DNA from: Octopus sinensis
Taxonomy: Eukaryota
DNA length: 64,000 nucleotides
Direction: 5' to 3'
Assembly (NCBI RefSeq): GCF_006345805.1
Contig: NC_043008.1
Location: 74,896,001-74,960,000 of the forward strand
In this document: positions 12,476 through 24,260 of the stretch, piece after piece
How the letters are laid out: every line of letters begins with the position of its first letter
Position numbering within the stretch: position 1 is the stretch's first letter
The notes under the pieces: model-generated
Told to the model about the DNA's origin: nothing
Databases searched by the model: none
Seen by the model: the letters and a program-made list of their open reading frames with translations, nothing else
Translations under genes and position numbers: made by a program

Positions 12476-13007
12476 ATTGTTGTATTTAGGAATGGTCATT
12501 TTGCCAGTTTAGCCAATAAAAACACACGCACTAAATATTTGGTGTTACTTTGCTTCAGCGTTATTCATTTTTTACATTAATCTTAATCTTATTTCGGACA
12601 GAGTTCTTTCGTCACACTTCTGTGACCACATCAGTGGTCCTTTGCAACAAATTACACGAACGTATATAAACGGGAGATACAAATACTACAGACACTTCCC
12701 CCCCACACACACACTAACTAAACATAGACACACATAGAGGTATATGCATGCGCAAATGAAGACACATACAATAGGAATACAAAATACAAAATGGCTGACC
12801 GTTAGTAAGGAGAGACACACAAATAAGAAAGAAGAAAGCAAAGGACCACTGATGAGGTCACAGGAGAGTGACGAAAGAACTCTAGCCAAAATATGATTAG
12901 GATGAATGTAAAAAAAATAGCGCTGAAGCAAAGTAACACCAAATATATAGTGCATGTGTTTTTATTGGCTAAACTGGCAAAATGACCATTCCTAAATACA
13001 ACAATAT
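12474..13007. mobile_element. Fold-back element with ~170-bp inverted arms, each carrying a minimal hammerhead (PLE pseudo-LTR-like)
   Basis: 12474-12645 vs 12838-13007 inverted. HHR-like motifs at 12843-12887 (+) and 12596-12640 (-). Confidence 0.8.
12843..12887 (+). ncRNA. Minimal type I hammerhead-like motif
   Basis: GGACCA-CTGATGA-G-GTCAC aggaga GTGAC-GAAA-GAAC-TC-TAGCC. The opposite arm supplies the stem I partner TGTCC. Confidence 0.6.
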
Positions 13008-13238
13008 CTGTTTCAACACACGATTGCACATCAAAAATCTTGCAAAACAAATATATATATATATATATACATATGTATATATATAGACATATATATATAT
13101 ATATGTATGTATATATGTATGTATATATGTATATGTATGTATATATGTATATGTATGTATATATGTATATGTATGTATATATGTATATATATATATATAT
13201 ATGTATATAAGTATGTATATGTATAGATATGTATGTAT

Positions 13239-13635
13239 ATCATCATCATCATCATCATCATTATTTAACGTCCGCTTTCCATGCTAGCATGGGTTGGACG
13301 GTTCAACTGGGGTCTGGGGAGCCCGAAGGCTGCACCAGGCTGAGAGTGTAGTGGGTGATTTTATGTGCCACCGACACAGGTGCCAGACGAGGCTGGCGAA
13401 CAGCCACGCTCGGATGGTGTTTTTTATGTGCCACCGACACAGGTGCCAGACGAGGCTGGCGAACGGCCACGATCGGATGGTGTTTGTTACGTGCCCACGG
13501 CACGGAGGCCAGTCGATGCGGTTCTGGCTACGGCCACGTTCGGATGGGTTTCTTGTGTGCCACCGGCACTGGTACCACAAGGATACAAATTCCATTGATG
13601 TTCATCTATTTTGATTTGTTTTGATTTGATTTGAT
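13239..13635 (-). mobile_element. RTE LINE 3'UTR fragment
   Basis: (CAT)n followed by TTTAACGTCCGCTTTCCATGCTAGCATGGGTTGG and ~60-bp subrepeats. Confidence 0.88.
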
Positions 13636-14016
13636 AAATATGTACGTATATATATGTTTGTATAAACATATGCATGTATATATGTTTATATGTGTATATA
13701 TATGTATGTATATATATGTGTATATATGTGTATCTATCTGTTTATGTACGTACATATATGTGTATATATGTATATATGCATGTGTCTATATATATATGTA
13801 TATATATGCATATATATATGTATATATATATATATGTATATGTGTCTATATGTGTGTGTGTATATATATATGTACGTATTTGTGTCTATTTGTATGTGTA
13901 TATCTATGTATATGTACTGGATTTTTATGTTTTATGTACGTATGTGTGTGTGTGTATGTGTGCTTATATATACATACACACACAGTTATATATATATATT
14001 TAAATATATATATATA

Positions 14017-14421
14017 TTACTCTTTACTCTTTTACTCGTTTCAGTCATTTGACTGCGGCCATGCTGGAGCACCGTCTTTAATCGAGCAACTCGACCCCGG
14101 GACTTATTCTTTTGTAAGCCCAGTACTTATTTTATCGGTCTCTTTTGCTGAACCACTAAGTAACGGGGACATAAACACACCAGCATCGGTTGTCAAGCAA
14201 TGCTAGGGGGACAAATACAGACACACAAACACACACACACGCATATATATATATATACATATATACGACTGGCTTCTTTCAGTTTCCGTCTACCAAATCC
14301 ACTCACAAGGCTTTGGTCAGCCCGAGGGTATAGTAGAAGACACTTGCCCAAGGTGCCACGCAGTGGGACTGAACCCGGAACCATGTGGTTGGTAGACAAG
14401 CTACTTACCACACAGCCACTC
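14017..14421 (-). mobile_element. SINE family A, full length
   Basis: Reverse complement of the family A consensus. Confidence 0.92.
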
Positions 14422-14440
14422 ATATATAAACATATATATT

Positions 14441-14483
<43 letters not shown>

Positions 14484-14486
<3 letters not shown>

Positions 14487-14649
14487 CAGGAATGGGTGTG
14501 TGCTAAGTAGCTTGCTTACCAACCACATGGTCCCAGGTTCATTCCCACTTCGTGTCACCTTGGGCAAATGTCTTCTACTATTATAGCCTAGGGCCGAGCA
14601 AAGCCTTGTGAGTGGATTTGGTAGACGGAAACTGAAAGAAGGCTATTTT

Positions 14650-14680
<31 letters not shown>

Positions 14681-14924
14681 CATATATATATGTATATATA
14701 TATGTGTGTATGTGTGTGTTAGTGTGTCTGTGTTTGTCGCCCCCAACATCGCTTGACAACCGATGCTGGTGTGTTTACGACCCCGTAACTTAGCGGTTCA
14801 GTGAAAGAGACTTATAGAAAAAGTACTAGGCTTCCAAAGAATAAGAAGTCCTGGGGTCAATTTGCTCGACAAAAGGCAGTGCTCCAGCATGGCCATAATC
14901 AAATGACTGAAACAAGTAAAAGAG
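14484..14924 (+). mobile_element. SINE family A, full length, head-to-head with the previous copy
   Basis: Family A consensus, separated from the 14017 copy by ~60 bp of (TA)n. Confidence 0.92.
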
Positions 14925-14969
14925 AAAATAGAAGAGAAAGATATGTATATATATATATATGTATATATA

Positions 14970-15003
<34 letters not shown>

Positions 15004-15662
15004 CACATATTATTTATACGTGTACATAATATATATATATACATATTATTCCCAAATCTCTTGGTAGCGTGCTGTGATAATATTTATTTGTTAAAACAGC
15101 AGGCCAATGAAATGAGAAAACAAAGGATGGAGAAAATCTTATTTCAATGAAAATAAATTCTTTTTTCCTCACCTTTTGTTAAAATTCCTGTACATAACAA
15201 TACACAGACAATTCTTGTTTTTCACATATTAAACTCAGTGCGGTATATTTAATCAGGTTTACGACATTCTTGGTGTTGTTTCAACTATTACCATGTTTCT
15301 CAGAACAGCCAAAACCTTTTGGGAGTATATCGGCTTGGTTCTGCTGTAAATCAAAGTGCCAAGGTTTCTTTGAGTCTATGAAAGACTCGTTGTAGGAACT
15401 AGTGTTTAAGTGTGGTTCCATGGTGATTAGAAGATGGGAAAGAAGTCTTCTCTTTGATAGAATATCTGTTGGCTTCCAGCAGGAAAACTTTTCCAGAATA
15501 CTATTTATTCTTAAGAACAGCTGTGTTCCATTTCTTTTATCTGTGTGTCTTTCTATATCTTCCATATTTCATATTTTATACATTGAAAAAATAAAAAATA
15601 ACACAATACATCTTACATCCCTACCATATTGATGTGAATCATAATCATCATCATCATCATCA

Positions 15663-16530
15663 TGGTGGTGAGTTGAAAAAATGTTTAGCAGGCCGGCCAA
15701 AATGCTTAGCAGCATTTCGGTCATCTTTATATTCTGAGTTCAAATTCCCCTGAGGTTCACTTTGCCTTTCATCCTTTCAGTGTCGATGAAATAAGTACCT
15801 TCTGATCACTGGTGTTCATATAATTGATGTGCACCCTCCCCCAAACCTGACCTTGTACCAAAATTTGAAACCATTATTGTTCTTATGGTGGTTAGGTAAC
15901 CGAATTGTTAGCATGCTAGATAAAATGTTCAGCAGTATTTCATCTGGGATTGATATAACTGACTAACCCACTCCGCATAAATTTCAGGCCTTGTGCCTAT
16001 CATAGAAAGGATTAATATTATTATTATTATTATGGTGATGAGTTGATCGAATCATTAGCACACCAGGTAAAATGCTGAGCAGCATTTAATCCCTCTTGAT
16101 GTTCTGAATTAAAATTTTGTTGGAGTCAATTTTACCTTTCATCTTTTTGTTGAACTAAGCACCAGTTAAGAGCTGGGATCAGTGTATCGACTTGCTCCCC
16201 CCCCCCCCCCCCCCCTAAAATTTCAGGCCTTATTACTTCAGTAGAAACGCTAGCAAAATCATTAGTACATTGGACAAAACACTGTTGCATTTCTTCCAAC
16301 TCTTTATATTCTGAGGTTAAATCCTACCATTCATGTTTTGGGGGGGCCAATAAAATAAAATACCTCTCAAGTACTGGGGGTTGATGTAATCAACTTAGCC
16401 TCTCTCCTCAAATTGCTGGTCTTGTGCTAAAATTAGAAAGAATTATTATCATGATTATTATAAAGGCAATAATGACTCAATCATTAGAATGTTGGAAAAA
16501 ATGCCTTGCAGTATTTGTTCTGGTTGTTTA
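15663..16530 (+). mobile_element. Tandem cluster of SINE family C (4-5 decayed copies)
   Basis: Repeated GGTGAG(C/T)TG..AGAATCATTAGCA...AAATGCTTAGC...GAGTTCAAATTCC...TTTGCCTTTCATCCTTTC...AATAAGTACC units separated by (ATT)n. Confidence 0.8.
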
Positions 16531-16538
16531 TGTCCTAT

Positions 16539-19113
16539 ATCATCATCATCATCATAATCATCATCATCGTTTAACGTCCGCTTTCCGCGCTAGCACGGGT
16601 TGGACGGTTCGACCGGGTCTGGGAAGCCAGGGGCCGCTCCAGGCTCCAGTCTGAATCTGGCAGAGTTTCTACGGCTGGATGCCCTTCCTAACGCCAACCA
16701 CTCCGTGAGTGGATTGGGTGCTTTTTACGTGCCACCTGCACAGGGGCCGGAGGGTCTGGCATCGTCACGATCGGTTCGAGCATTTTAACGTGTCAGCGGC
16801 ACGGGGGCAACGAGGTCCGGGGTACTTTGGGGATCGGGGTACTTTGGGGATCCAGGGTACTTTGGGGATCCGGGGTACTTAGAATGGGTAGGGGGTATGT
16901 GGAATTGCTGCAGAAAGCAGCCCGGTCTTTGTAGTCACAGCATATCTCCAGAGATCTCGGTCCTTCGCCATTGCCTCAGTGAGGCCCAATGTTCTGAGGT
17001 CATGCTTGACCACCTCATCCCATGTCTTCCTGGGTCTACCTCTCCCCCTGATACCTTCAACTGTTTGGGAGTGGCACTTCTTCACACATCTCTCTTCATC
17101 CATCCGCAGCACATGACCATACCATCGCAAGCGTCGCTCTTGCACACCACATCTGATGCTTCTTATATCCAGCATTTCTCTCAGATACTTACACTCTGTT
17201 TTGCGTGCACACTGACACTACACATCCAGCGGATCATGCTAGCTTCATTTCTTTCAAGTCTACGCATGTCTTCTGCAGTCACAGCCCATGTTTCATTACC
17301 GTGAAGCATGGCAGTTCGCACACATGCATCATACAATCTACCTTTTGCTCTGAGGGAGAGACCTTTTGTTGCCAGTAGGGGTAGGAGCTTTCTGAACTTT
17401 GCCCAGGCTATTCGTATTCTAGTGGTGATACTCTCTGTGCATCCACCTCCGCTACTAACTTGGTCACCCAGGTAGCGGAAACTATCAACTACTTCTAGTT
17501 TCTCTCCCTGGAGTGTGATGGAATCTGTTTTCTGAGTGTCTGTTGTGTCTATTGTCCCTGTGCATCTGCCGCACATGAAAGCTATCTTATCTGTTAATTT
17601 CCCTTTAATGTTGCTGCCACCTTTTATGTGTCCATAACTTACATTGGTGCATCTTATGGAGTTTCTACCTGTACCTTTCCTACAGGTTGAGCAGGGCCAC
17701 CTACCCGAGGGGATGTGTGCTGAGTACCTCTTGTTGCTTACTAATACTTTGGTCTTTGCTACATTTATTCTAAGGCCCTTTGATTCCAACCCTTGCTTCC
17801 ACACCCGAAATTTCTCTTCTAGTTCCGGTAGTGATTCTGCTATGAGAGCTAGGTCATCGGCATAGAGGAGCTCCCAGGGGCATCCCGTTTTGAATTCCTC
17901 TGTTATTGCCTGAAGGACTATGATGAATAAAAGGGGACTGAGGGCTGAGCCCTGGTGCACACCTACTTCTACCCGGAATTCTTCACTATATTCGTTGCCA
18001 ATCCTAACCTTGCTGACAGCCTCTCTGTATAGAGCCTGTACAGCCCTTATTAGCCATTCTTCAATCTCCAGTTTCCGCATCGACCACCAGATAAGGGAAC
18101 GGGGAACCCTGTCAAAGGCTTTCTCCAAGTCTACAAAAGCTATGTAGAGGGGTTTATCTTTAGCTAGGTACTTCTCCTGCAGTTGTCGGACCAGGAATAT
18201 AGCATCAGTGGTGCTTCTACCTGGTACAAAACCGAACTGCATTTCATCTAAACAAATTCTCTCCCTAATGAGATTGGTTATGACCTTCTCTGAGACCTTC
18301 ATCACCTGGTCCAACAGTTTGATGCCTCTGTAGTTATTTCTATCTAGAGCATCACCCTTACCCTTGTAGCAGTTGACTATGGTGCTGCTGCACCAGTCAT
18401 TGGGTATGACTCCATTGTGAACTACCTGGTCTACAATGCGGGTGACTATGGCATAGCCCACATAGCCAGCTGTTTTAAGCATCTCAGCAGTGATTCCTGA
18501 TAGGCCAGGGGCTTTGCCTGGTTTCATATCCTTAATTGCCTTATCTACAAGGGAGCTGTCTATTCGGGTAGCTGGTCCCTCTACTGGGTCAACATTTGGC
18601 AGGCTCTCCTCCTCCCATTCATTCTCCTCATTCAGCAGTCTTTCATAATGGCTTCTCCAAGCCTCTTTCTTTTCACTAGTAGTAAAAGCAAGTGCCCCAT
18701 CATCCATGCGGACACATTTCTCTCCTATAACATCGCTATTTTCTCTGACACACTGTCTGGCAATCCGAAATACTTCAGCTCTTTGATCCTCGCGACGCTG
18801 GACATTGGCAAACTTCTTCTTTTCTGCTACATCTTTGGCAATGTAGACCTGCCGCCCAGCCTCCCTTTTGGCTATCTGGTACAGTTCCCTGCTGCCCCCA
18901 TCCTTCCAGGCTTTCCAGGCCCGTCTCTTTTCACAGATGGCTTTATCTACTGCACTATTCCACCACCACGTAATTCTAGGTCTGGAAGGGACTTTGCACC
19001 ATCCACAGACTTGGTCTGTGGCACTCAACAAGCTGTCCCGTAGGAATTCCCAGCTACCTTCTATGTCTGACGTCTGAAGCTCCTCCTCCCTCTCATCAAA
19101 TTTCTTGATGAGT
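16539..19113 (-). mobile_element. RTE-clade LINE, young 5'-truncated copy lacking the endonuclease
   Basis: Long RT ORF, 3'UTR and (GAT)n tail at 16539-16568. Confidence 0.95.
16879..19031 (-). pseudogene. RTE reverse transcriptase ORF (616-aa ORF 17181-19031 plus frameshifted C-terminus 16879-17175) with a PHD-like insertion
   Basis: Motifs KAPG, YKGKGD..NYRGIKLL, QFGFVPGRSTTDAI, FVDLEKAFDRVP, GVHQGSALSPLLF, LLYADDL, FRYLG, RWYGHVLRM, GRGRPRKTW. A 1-bp deletion near 17183 relative to the 5 kb copy. Confidence 0.95.
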
Positions 19114-20059
19114 ATTACATTAATAATACCTGTCCCCTTAAATGTGAAACCTCCAAAATCATTGCTGAAGAGTAGATGACAGAAGCAGTAGACTGCTTGA
19201 TATGATATCTTAGGTTAATTAAGTAATTGGCAACATCCCTTTATTTTATAAAGTTTGCTTTTCATTATTGATGAAGTAAATTGTAGTCCTCACCTGAGGT
19301 TGAATTGTGGGGTTGTGGCTACATTATAGATCATTAGTATGATGTACAGGCCTGTCATAATAAATGGTTTGATGTCAGAATGTTTCAAGTATTTTTCTGA
19401 TTGTACCCCAGTGTATAATGTATATAGGCTCATATGTTTTATAAACATTTTGTGGAATGTACCCCAATGTATAATGTGAATATGGTGTGTACATTTTATA
19501 GGTACATCGTTGAGTATACCTCAATAGATATAATGTTTTATATATACTTTATAGAATGATCTTTCAAAATTTTGATATTTGACCATTCCTGAAATACTTG
19601 CTTTTTCTTTTCACAGCTGGATCACATCCTTATCAATGTCCTCATAACTAAGTAGTAGGTGTGTAACTTGTTTGTCAACCAAGTAGCCTGTGGCATTTCC
19701 AAGAAACATTACAGAAACTCCAGAAAGCTGAATTCCTGGCTATGAAGTAAGTTATTTGCTGTATTGTTTTTAATCCTTATTCAAAGAGGGAAGGCTGCTT
19801 CTATGACCCTTTATTTTTTCAGGGTCTCTGAGACTTGGCCTGCTAAATAGACCCAAGGATGTTGTAGTGCTGCTGTGTCAGGAGTATCCCCATTGTTACC
19901 ATATTCCTCTTAACATATGCTGCCTTTGTTTCAATTAATTTTTAGAATAATGAAGAAGGTAGTAAAATATTCTCATTATTAAGCTGGGGACTGAAACAAA
20001 TTAACATGAAATTTTGATGGAAGTTCATTATTTAGACCACTTTAAAACAGTAAGTTTAT

Positions 20060-20193
20060 TATTTACAATTGACAGATATTTGTCCTCATCTTGTTTGTTG
20101 TTAACACGTTTCATCTGATATACCCTCCAGCCTTCATCAGGTGTCTTGAGGAAATTTCGAACCTGGGTTCTCATTCCTAAGGTATTTTTCGAT

Positions 20194-20224
<31 letters not shown>

Positions 20225-20542
20225 TTGTCATTCAGGTCACTACCTGGAATCGAACTCGGTATCTTGGTGTTAGTAGCCCACCCTCTTAACCCCAAGATTT
20301 GGAGTTCGATTCCAGACAGTGACCTGAATAATAATAATAACAATAATAATAATAATAATAACAACATAGAAAAATACCTTAGGAATGAGAACTCAGGTTC
20401 AAAATTTCCCCAAAATACCTGATGAAGGCTGGAGGGTATATCAGCCAAAATGTTGTGTTAACAACAAACAAGACGAGGACAAATATCTGTCAAATGTAAA
20501 TAATGTAAATGATGTACATAATTCCTCATCTCTTAAATATAG
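20060..20542. mobile_element. Fold-back tRNA-headed SINE-like element with hammerhead-like 3' region, 14-bp TSD
   Basis: Inverted arms around 20270-20290. B-box GAGTTCGATTCC in both arms. CTGATGA-A-GGCTG...CAGCC at 20419 (+) and 20140 (-). AACAGTAAGTTTAT at 20046-20059 and 20543-20556. Confidence 0.8.
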
Positions 20543-21322
20543 AACAGTAAGTTTATGTTATAGAACTTAGGGTGGTCTCAGGCAGGTTGGTATTCAAAGG
20601 GTTAAGTCCCTACTAATCAAAAGTGTAGAAGAAATATCAGAAGCTGTCTCATCTGATGTTCTTATAGTTCTTTCAGTTCATTACTCTGGACAGGTACCTT
20701 ATTTTATCAACAACAAAAGAATGAAAAGCTAAGTTGATGCTGGTAGGATTTGAACTTTGATTGCAAAAAGCCAGAACAAATGCCACAAGGTTCACCTCAT
20801 ATAAAATTGTCTCATATTTGTTATTGCTCTTATTGTTGTTTAAGTCCATTTCAACCATGCTGTAGCAGGCCTAACTCAAATATATTCCAGCTGGTACTAT
20901 CTCTTCTTTTATTCAGAAATAGCATAAAATCACATCATCTAATGTATCATTCCATATTTTTAAGACAGTAATGTGTCACTTGAAAAATATTTAGTTTTTA
21001 TTTTCAGGTGAGTGAGTAACAACATAGATGCTCATTCATTGATTCAGACCTCCAATATATAAACAAAATATTTAATGTGTACAAAATATTTTTAACGTCA
21101 TTATATCTTTAGAGAAATACTTACTGAACTGAGAATTTTAAATAACACTTCAAATATAATTATATATATTATTCTTGATTGGTGGGTCTGGGGGTAAAGT
21201 GGAAGATACTTCCATAGCACCTTTAACAACTGTCTTCTACTAGAGCTTTGTGAGTAGTTTGGTACACAGAAACTGAAAAACACTATTGTGTATGTTTACA
21301 TATATGCATAGATACATACACA

Positions 21323-21357
<35 letters not shown>

Positions 21358-21644
21358 GTGTATTAGTGTCCTTTTGTTTTGCAATACTTGTAAGTGAAAG
21401 TTACCATCATCCAAATGGTATAATCCATTTCCAGTATTCTGCAAAACCTGTCTAGCCTTTCTTAGAAGCAAGCGAAGATTGGTCATAACAAGGGCAACTG
21501 ACCCAAAATATCTGCCTCAATAAATTCCGACCAGCCCATGCAAGCATAGAAAAGTGGACATTAAAACAATGATGGTGATATTGTGTGTTTATAAACTACA
21601 TATTTAGAGATGATAAATAATATTAATATTTCTATTTACAACTA

Positions 21645-22190
21645 AGGCAGTGAGCTGGCTGAATCATTAGCATGCTGGGCAAAATGTTTTGCAGTATTTT
21701 GTCCGTCTGAGTACAAATTCAGCTGAGGTTGACTGCCTTGCATCCTTTCATGGTCGATAAAATAAGTACCAGTTGAGCACTGGAGTTGATGTTATTGACT
21801 TATGCCTTCCTCAAACCTGCAGGTCATGTGCCAAAATTGGAAACCAATATTTCTATTTACATTAAGGTAGTGAGCTGGCAGAATCATTAGCATGCTGGGC
21901 AAAATGCTTAGTGATATTTTGTCTGTCTTAATGTTAAAATTCTGCTGAGGTTGACCTTGCCTTTCATCCTTTCAGGGTCAATAAGATAAGTACCAGTTGA
22001 GTACTTGGGTCGATTTAATCAACTTACCCTCTTTCTTCAAAATTGCTAACCTTGTGCCAAAATTTGAGATTAACATTTCTATTTCACTTTGCCTTTCATC
22101 CTTTTGTGGTTAATAAAATAAGTACCAGTGGAGCACTGGGATCAACTTAAACGGCTCTGTCCCTGCTCCAAAATTGGAATCAATGATTCT
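21645..22190 (+). mobile_element. Head-to-tail array of SINE family C (~220-bp period)
   Basis: Three units, each preceded by an AATATTTCTATTTACA-like spacer. Confidence 0.85.
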
Positions 22191-22909
22191 TTTTACATTG
22201 CAGTCCTGTTAGTTTGATCTCTCATCATCATCAGGTATCTTATTCTTGTATGTGTTCACAATACCATTATAGATTACAACTAGTAATATTTAGAGCATGT
22301 TTCTACCTATATTTTACTTCAGTTGATTTGATCTTCTATTGTCGTTAGATGAATTAATCCTTGATGTGTACACAGCACCATTCTGAATTAGATCTTGACA
22401 TACCTAGCTTGTATACTTCTATCTACACTGTTTCACTCAGTGTAATATCTCATCAATATCAGATGTCTTACTCCTGAATATGTACAGTCTCAGACTGGAT
22501 TAGAACTAGTCATCTTTAGTACTAGGCTGGATTACAACCTAAGCTGACGGTAATATTCTGAAAAATTATAATCCTATTAGCAATAACTCATTTCAGATAT
22601 TTCAAAAATATTTATTTTTGACATTAATTAGACATTTAATTAACATTTGACATGATTACCAGTATACGCATTTACATCTAGGTATACATACATGCACAGA
22701 CATATACGCATTTTAATGTAGACACACACAAACGCTTATATATAAGTTCACATATACAGGTTGACCTATACACATGAGCACATACATACATCTGTACACA
22801 CGCATACACACAAGTACATTGGCAAACACACCAGACACAGACACAGTAGAATCTGTACAATGCTGTTTTGCCTTACTCTGCTCATGCACGCACACACACA
22901 CACATGCAT

Positions 22910-22948
<39 letters not shown>

Positions 22949-23474
22949 TACTCACACACACTATCAGAACCTCAGTAGCACTATACTCTACGCAATATCT
23001 ATTCTACCTCATTAATATTTTTCTCCTATGTAAATATTTTACATGATTTGTTGTCATAAATTAAAGAGGTTTGACTTTCTCTTAAATACTTCTCATTATT
23101 TGTCGATCATGTATAAGGCACTAACATCTCCACCCCATCCATTTCCCTTCTGTTACAGAATATCAATATTGTTTATATGAATGACTCTGCTTCACTTCAC
23201 TTGCCAGCATCCTATCAGCTCTGCTTGCTGCACCACCTGCATTTCCACCTGTTGCATATATGAATGCACCAGTTGTTGTGCATTAATTATTATTTTAGAT
23301 CAATATAATTGCCAAATTGGAAATATAATTTGCAACACACTAATATGTAGCACAGTTTGCAAGACATATTTACAGTTTTGTTTTTAGTTCTGAGTAGTTG
23401 TCAATGTTACTTTAACTCTATGCATATTTACACATATTACCACATATTATCACACATTATCATGTCTTATCATG

Positions 23475-23717
23475 CAAGTGTGGCTGTGTGGTTAGGAAGT
23501 TTGCTTCCCAATCATGTGGTTTAAGGTTCAGTCTCACTGTGCAGCACCTTAGGCAAGTGTCTTTTATTATAGCTTTGGGTTAACCAAGGCCTTGTGAGTG
23601 GATTTGGTAAATAGAAACAGAAAGAAAGGCGGTGAGCTGGCAGAAACGTTAGCACATCGGGTGAAATGCTTAGCGGTAATTTGTTTGCCATTATGTTCTA
23701 AGTTCAAATTCCGCTGA
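23475..23717 (+). mobile_element. 5' part of SINE A joined to 5' part of SINE C
   Basis: GTGTGGCTGTGTGGTTAGG...CCTTAGGCAAGT, then GGCGGTGAGCTGGCAGAAACGTTAGC. Confidence 0.75.
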
Positions 23718-24260
23718 CCAGCAAGGGGAAGCTGCTGACCTCCCCTGTTCGAAGGTTATAATGAACACAGGTTTGTGTGTCATATAGCTAGCTAGAAGTG
23801 ATGGCCTCTTAGAGCTAATGAATGTCAGCTTTTGTCCTATATTTATGGACTGCCATATTAGCTTGGCAATAACTATTAATATCCAGTACCGCTGCCGTAA
23901 TCTCCTTTAGAGAGACTTAGAAATAATAATATTTCTATTGGTGATATTATGCATTATCATATATTTACGATGCACTTACATGCATTATTACACATGAATA
24001 AACATTAATACATTATCACACATTATCACATATCACACATAATTACACTTTTATCACAGTGTTACATTGGATCTTTTCACTTTGACCGGCAGATTTTAAA
24101 AATAATTTCTTTGTAACTAAACACTTTTAAACTTCGTATACTGGTAGAATGTGTTTATATAACATCTTTTTCTCTTGGCTTTCTCGAGAAAATTCTGTAG
24201 TTTGTAAGCTATTTGTTGTTTAATTTCTTGCATTTCAGCAATTTCAACCAATCAGTGACG

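Noticed and set aside
264-15150. Dozens of YIYI/VCVC/HTHT ORFs
   Set aside because: Translations of (TA)n, (TG)n and (CA)n microsatellites, not genes.
16897-19077. Plus-strand ORFs overlapping the RTE (also 51155-51598 over the mariner)
   Set aside because: Antisense shadows of transposon coding sequence.
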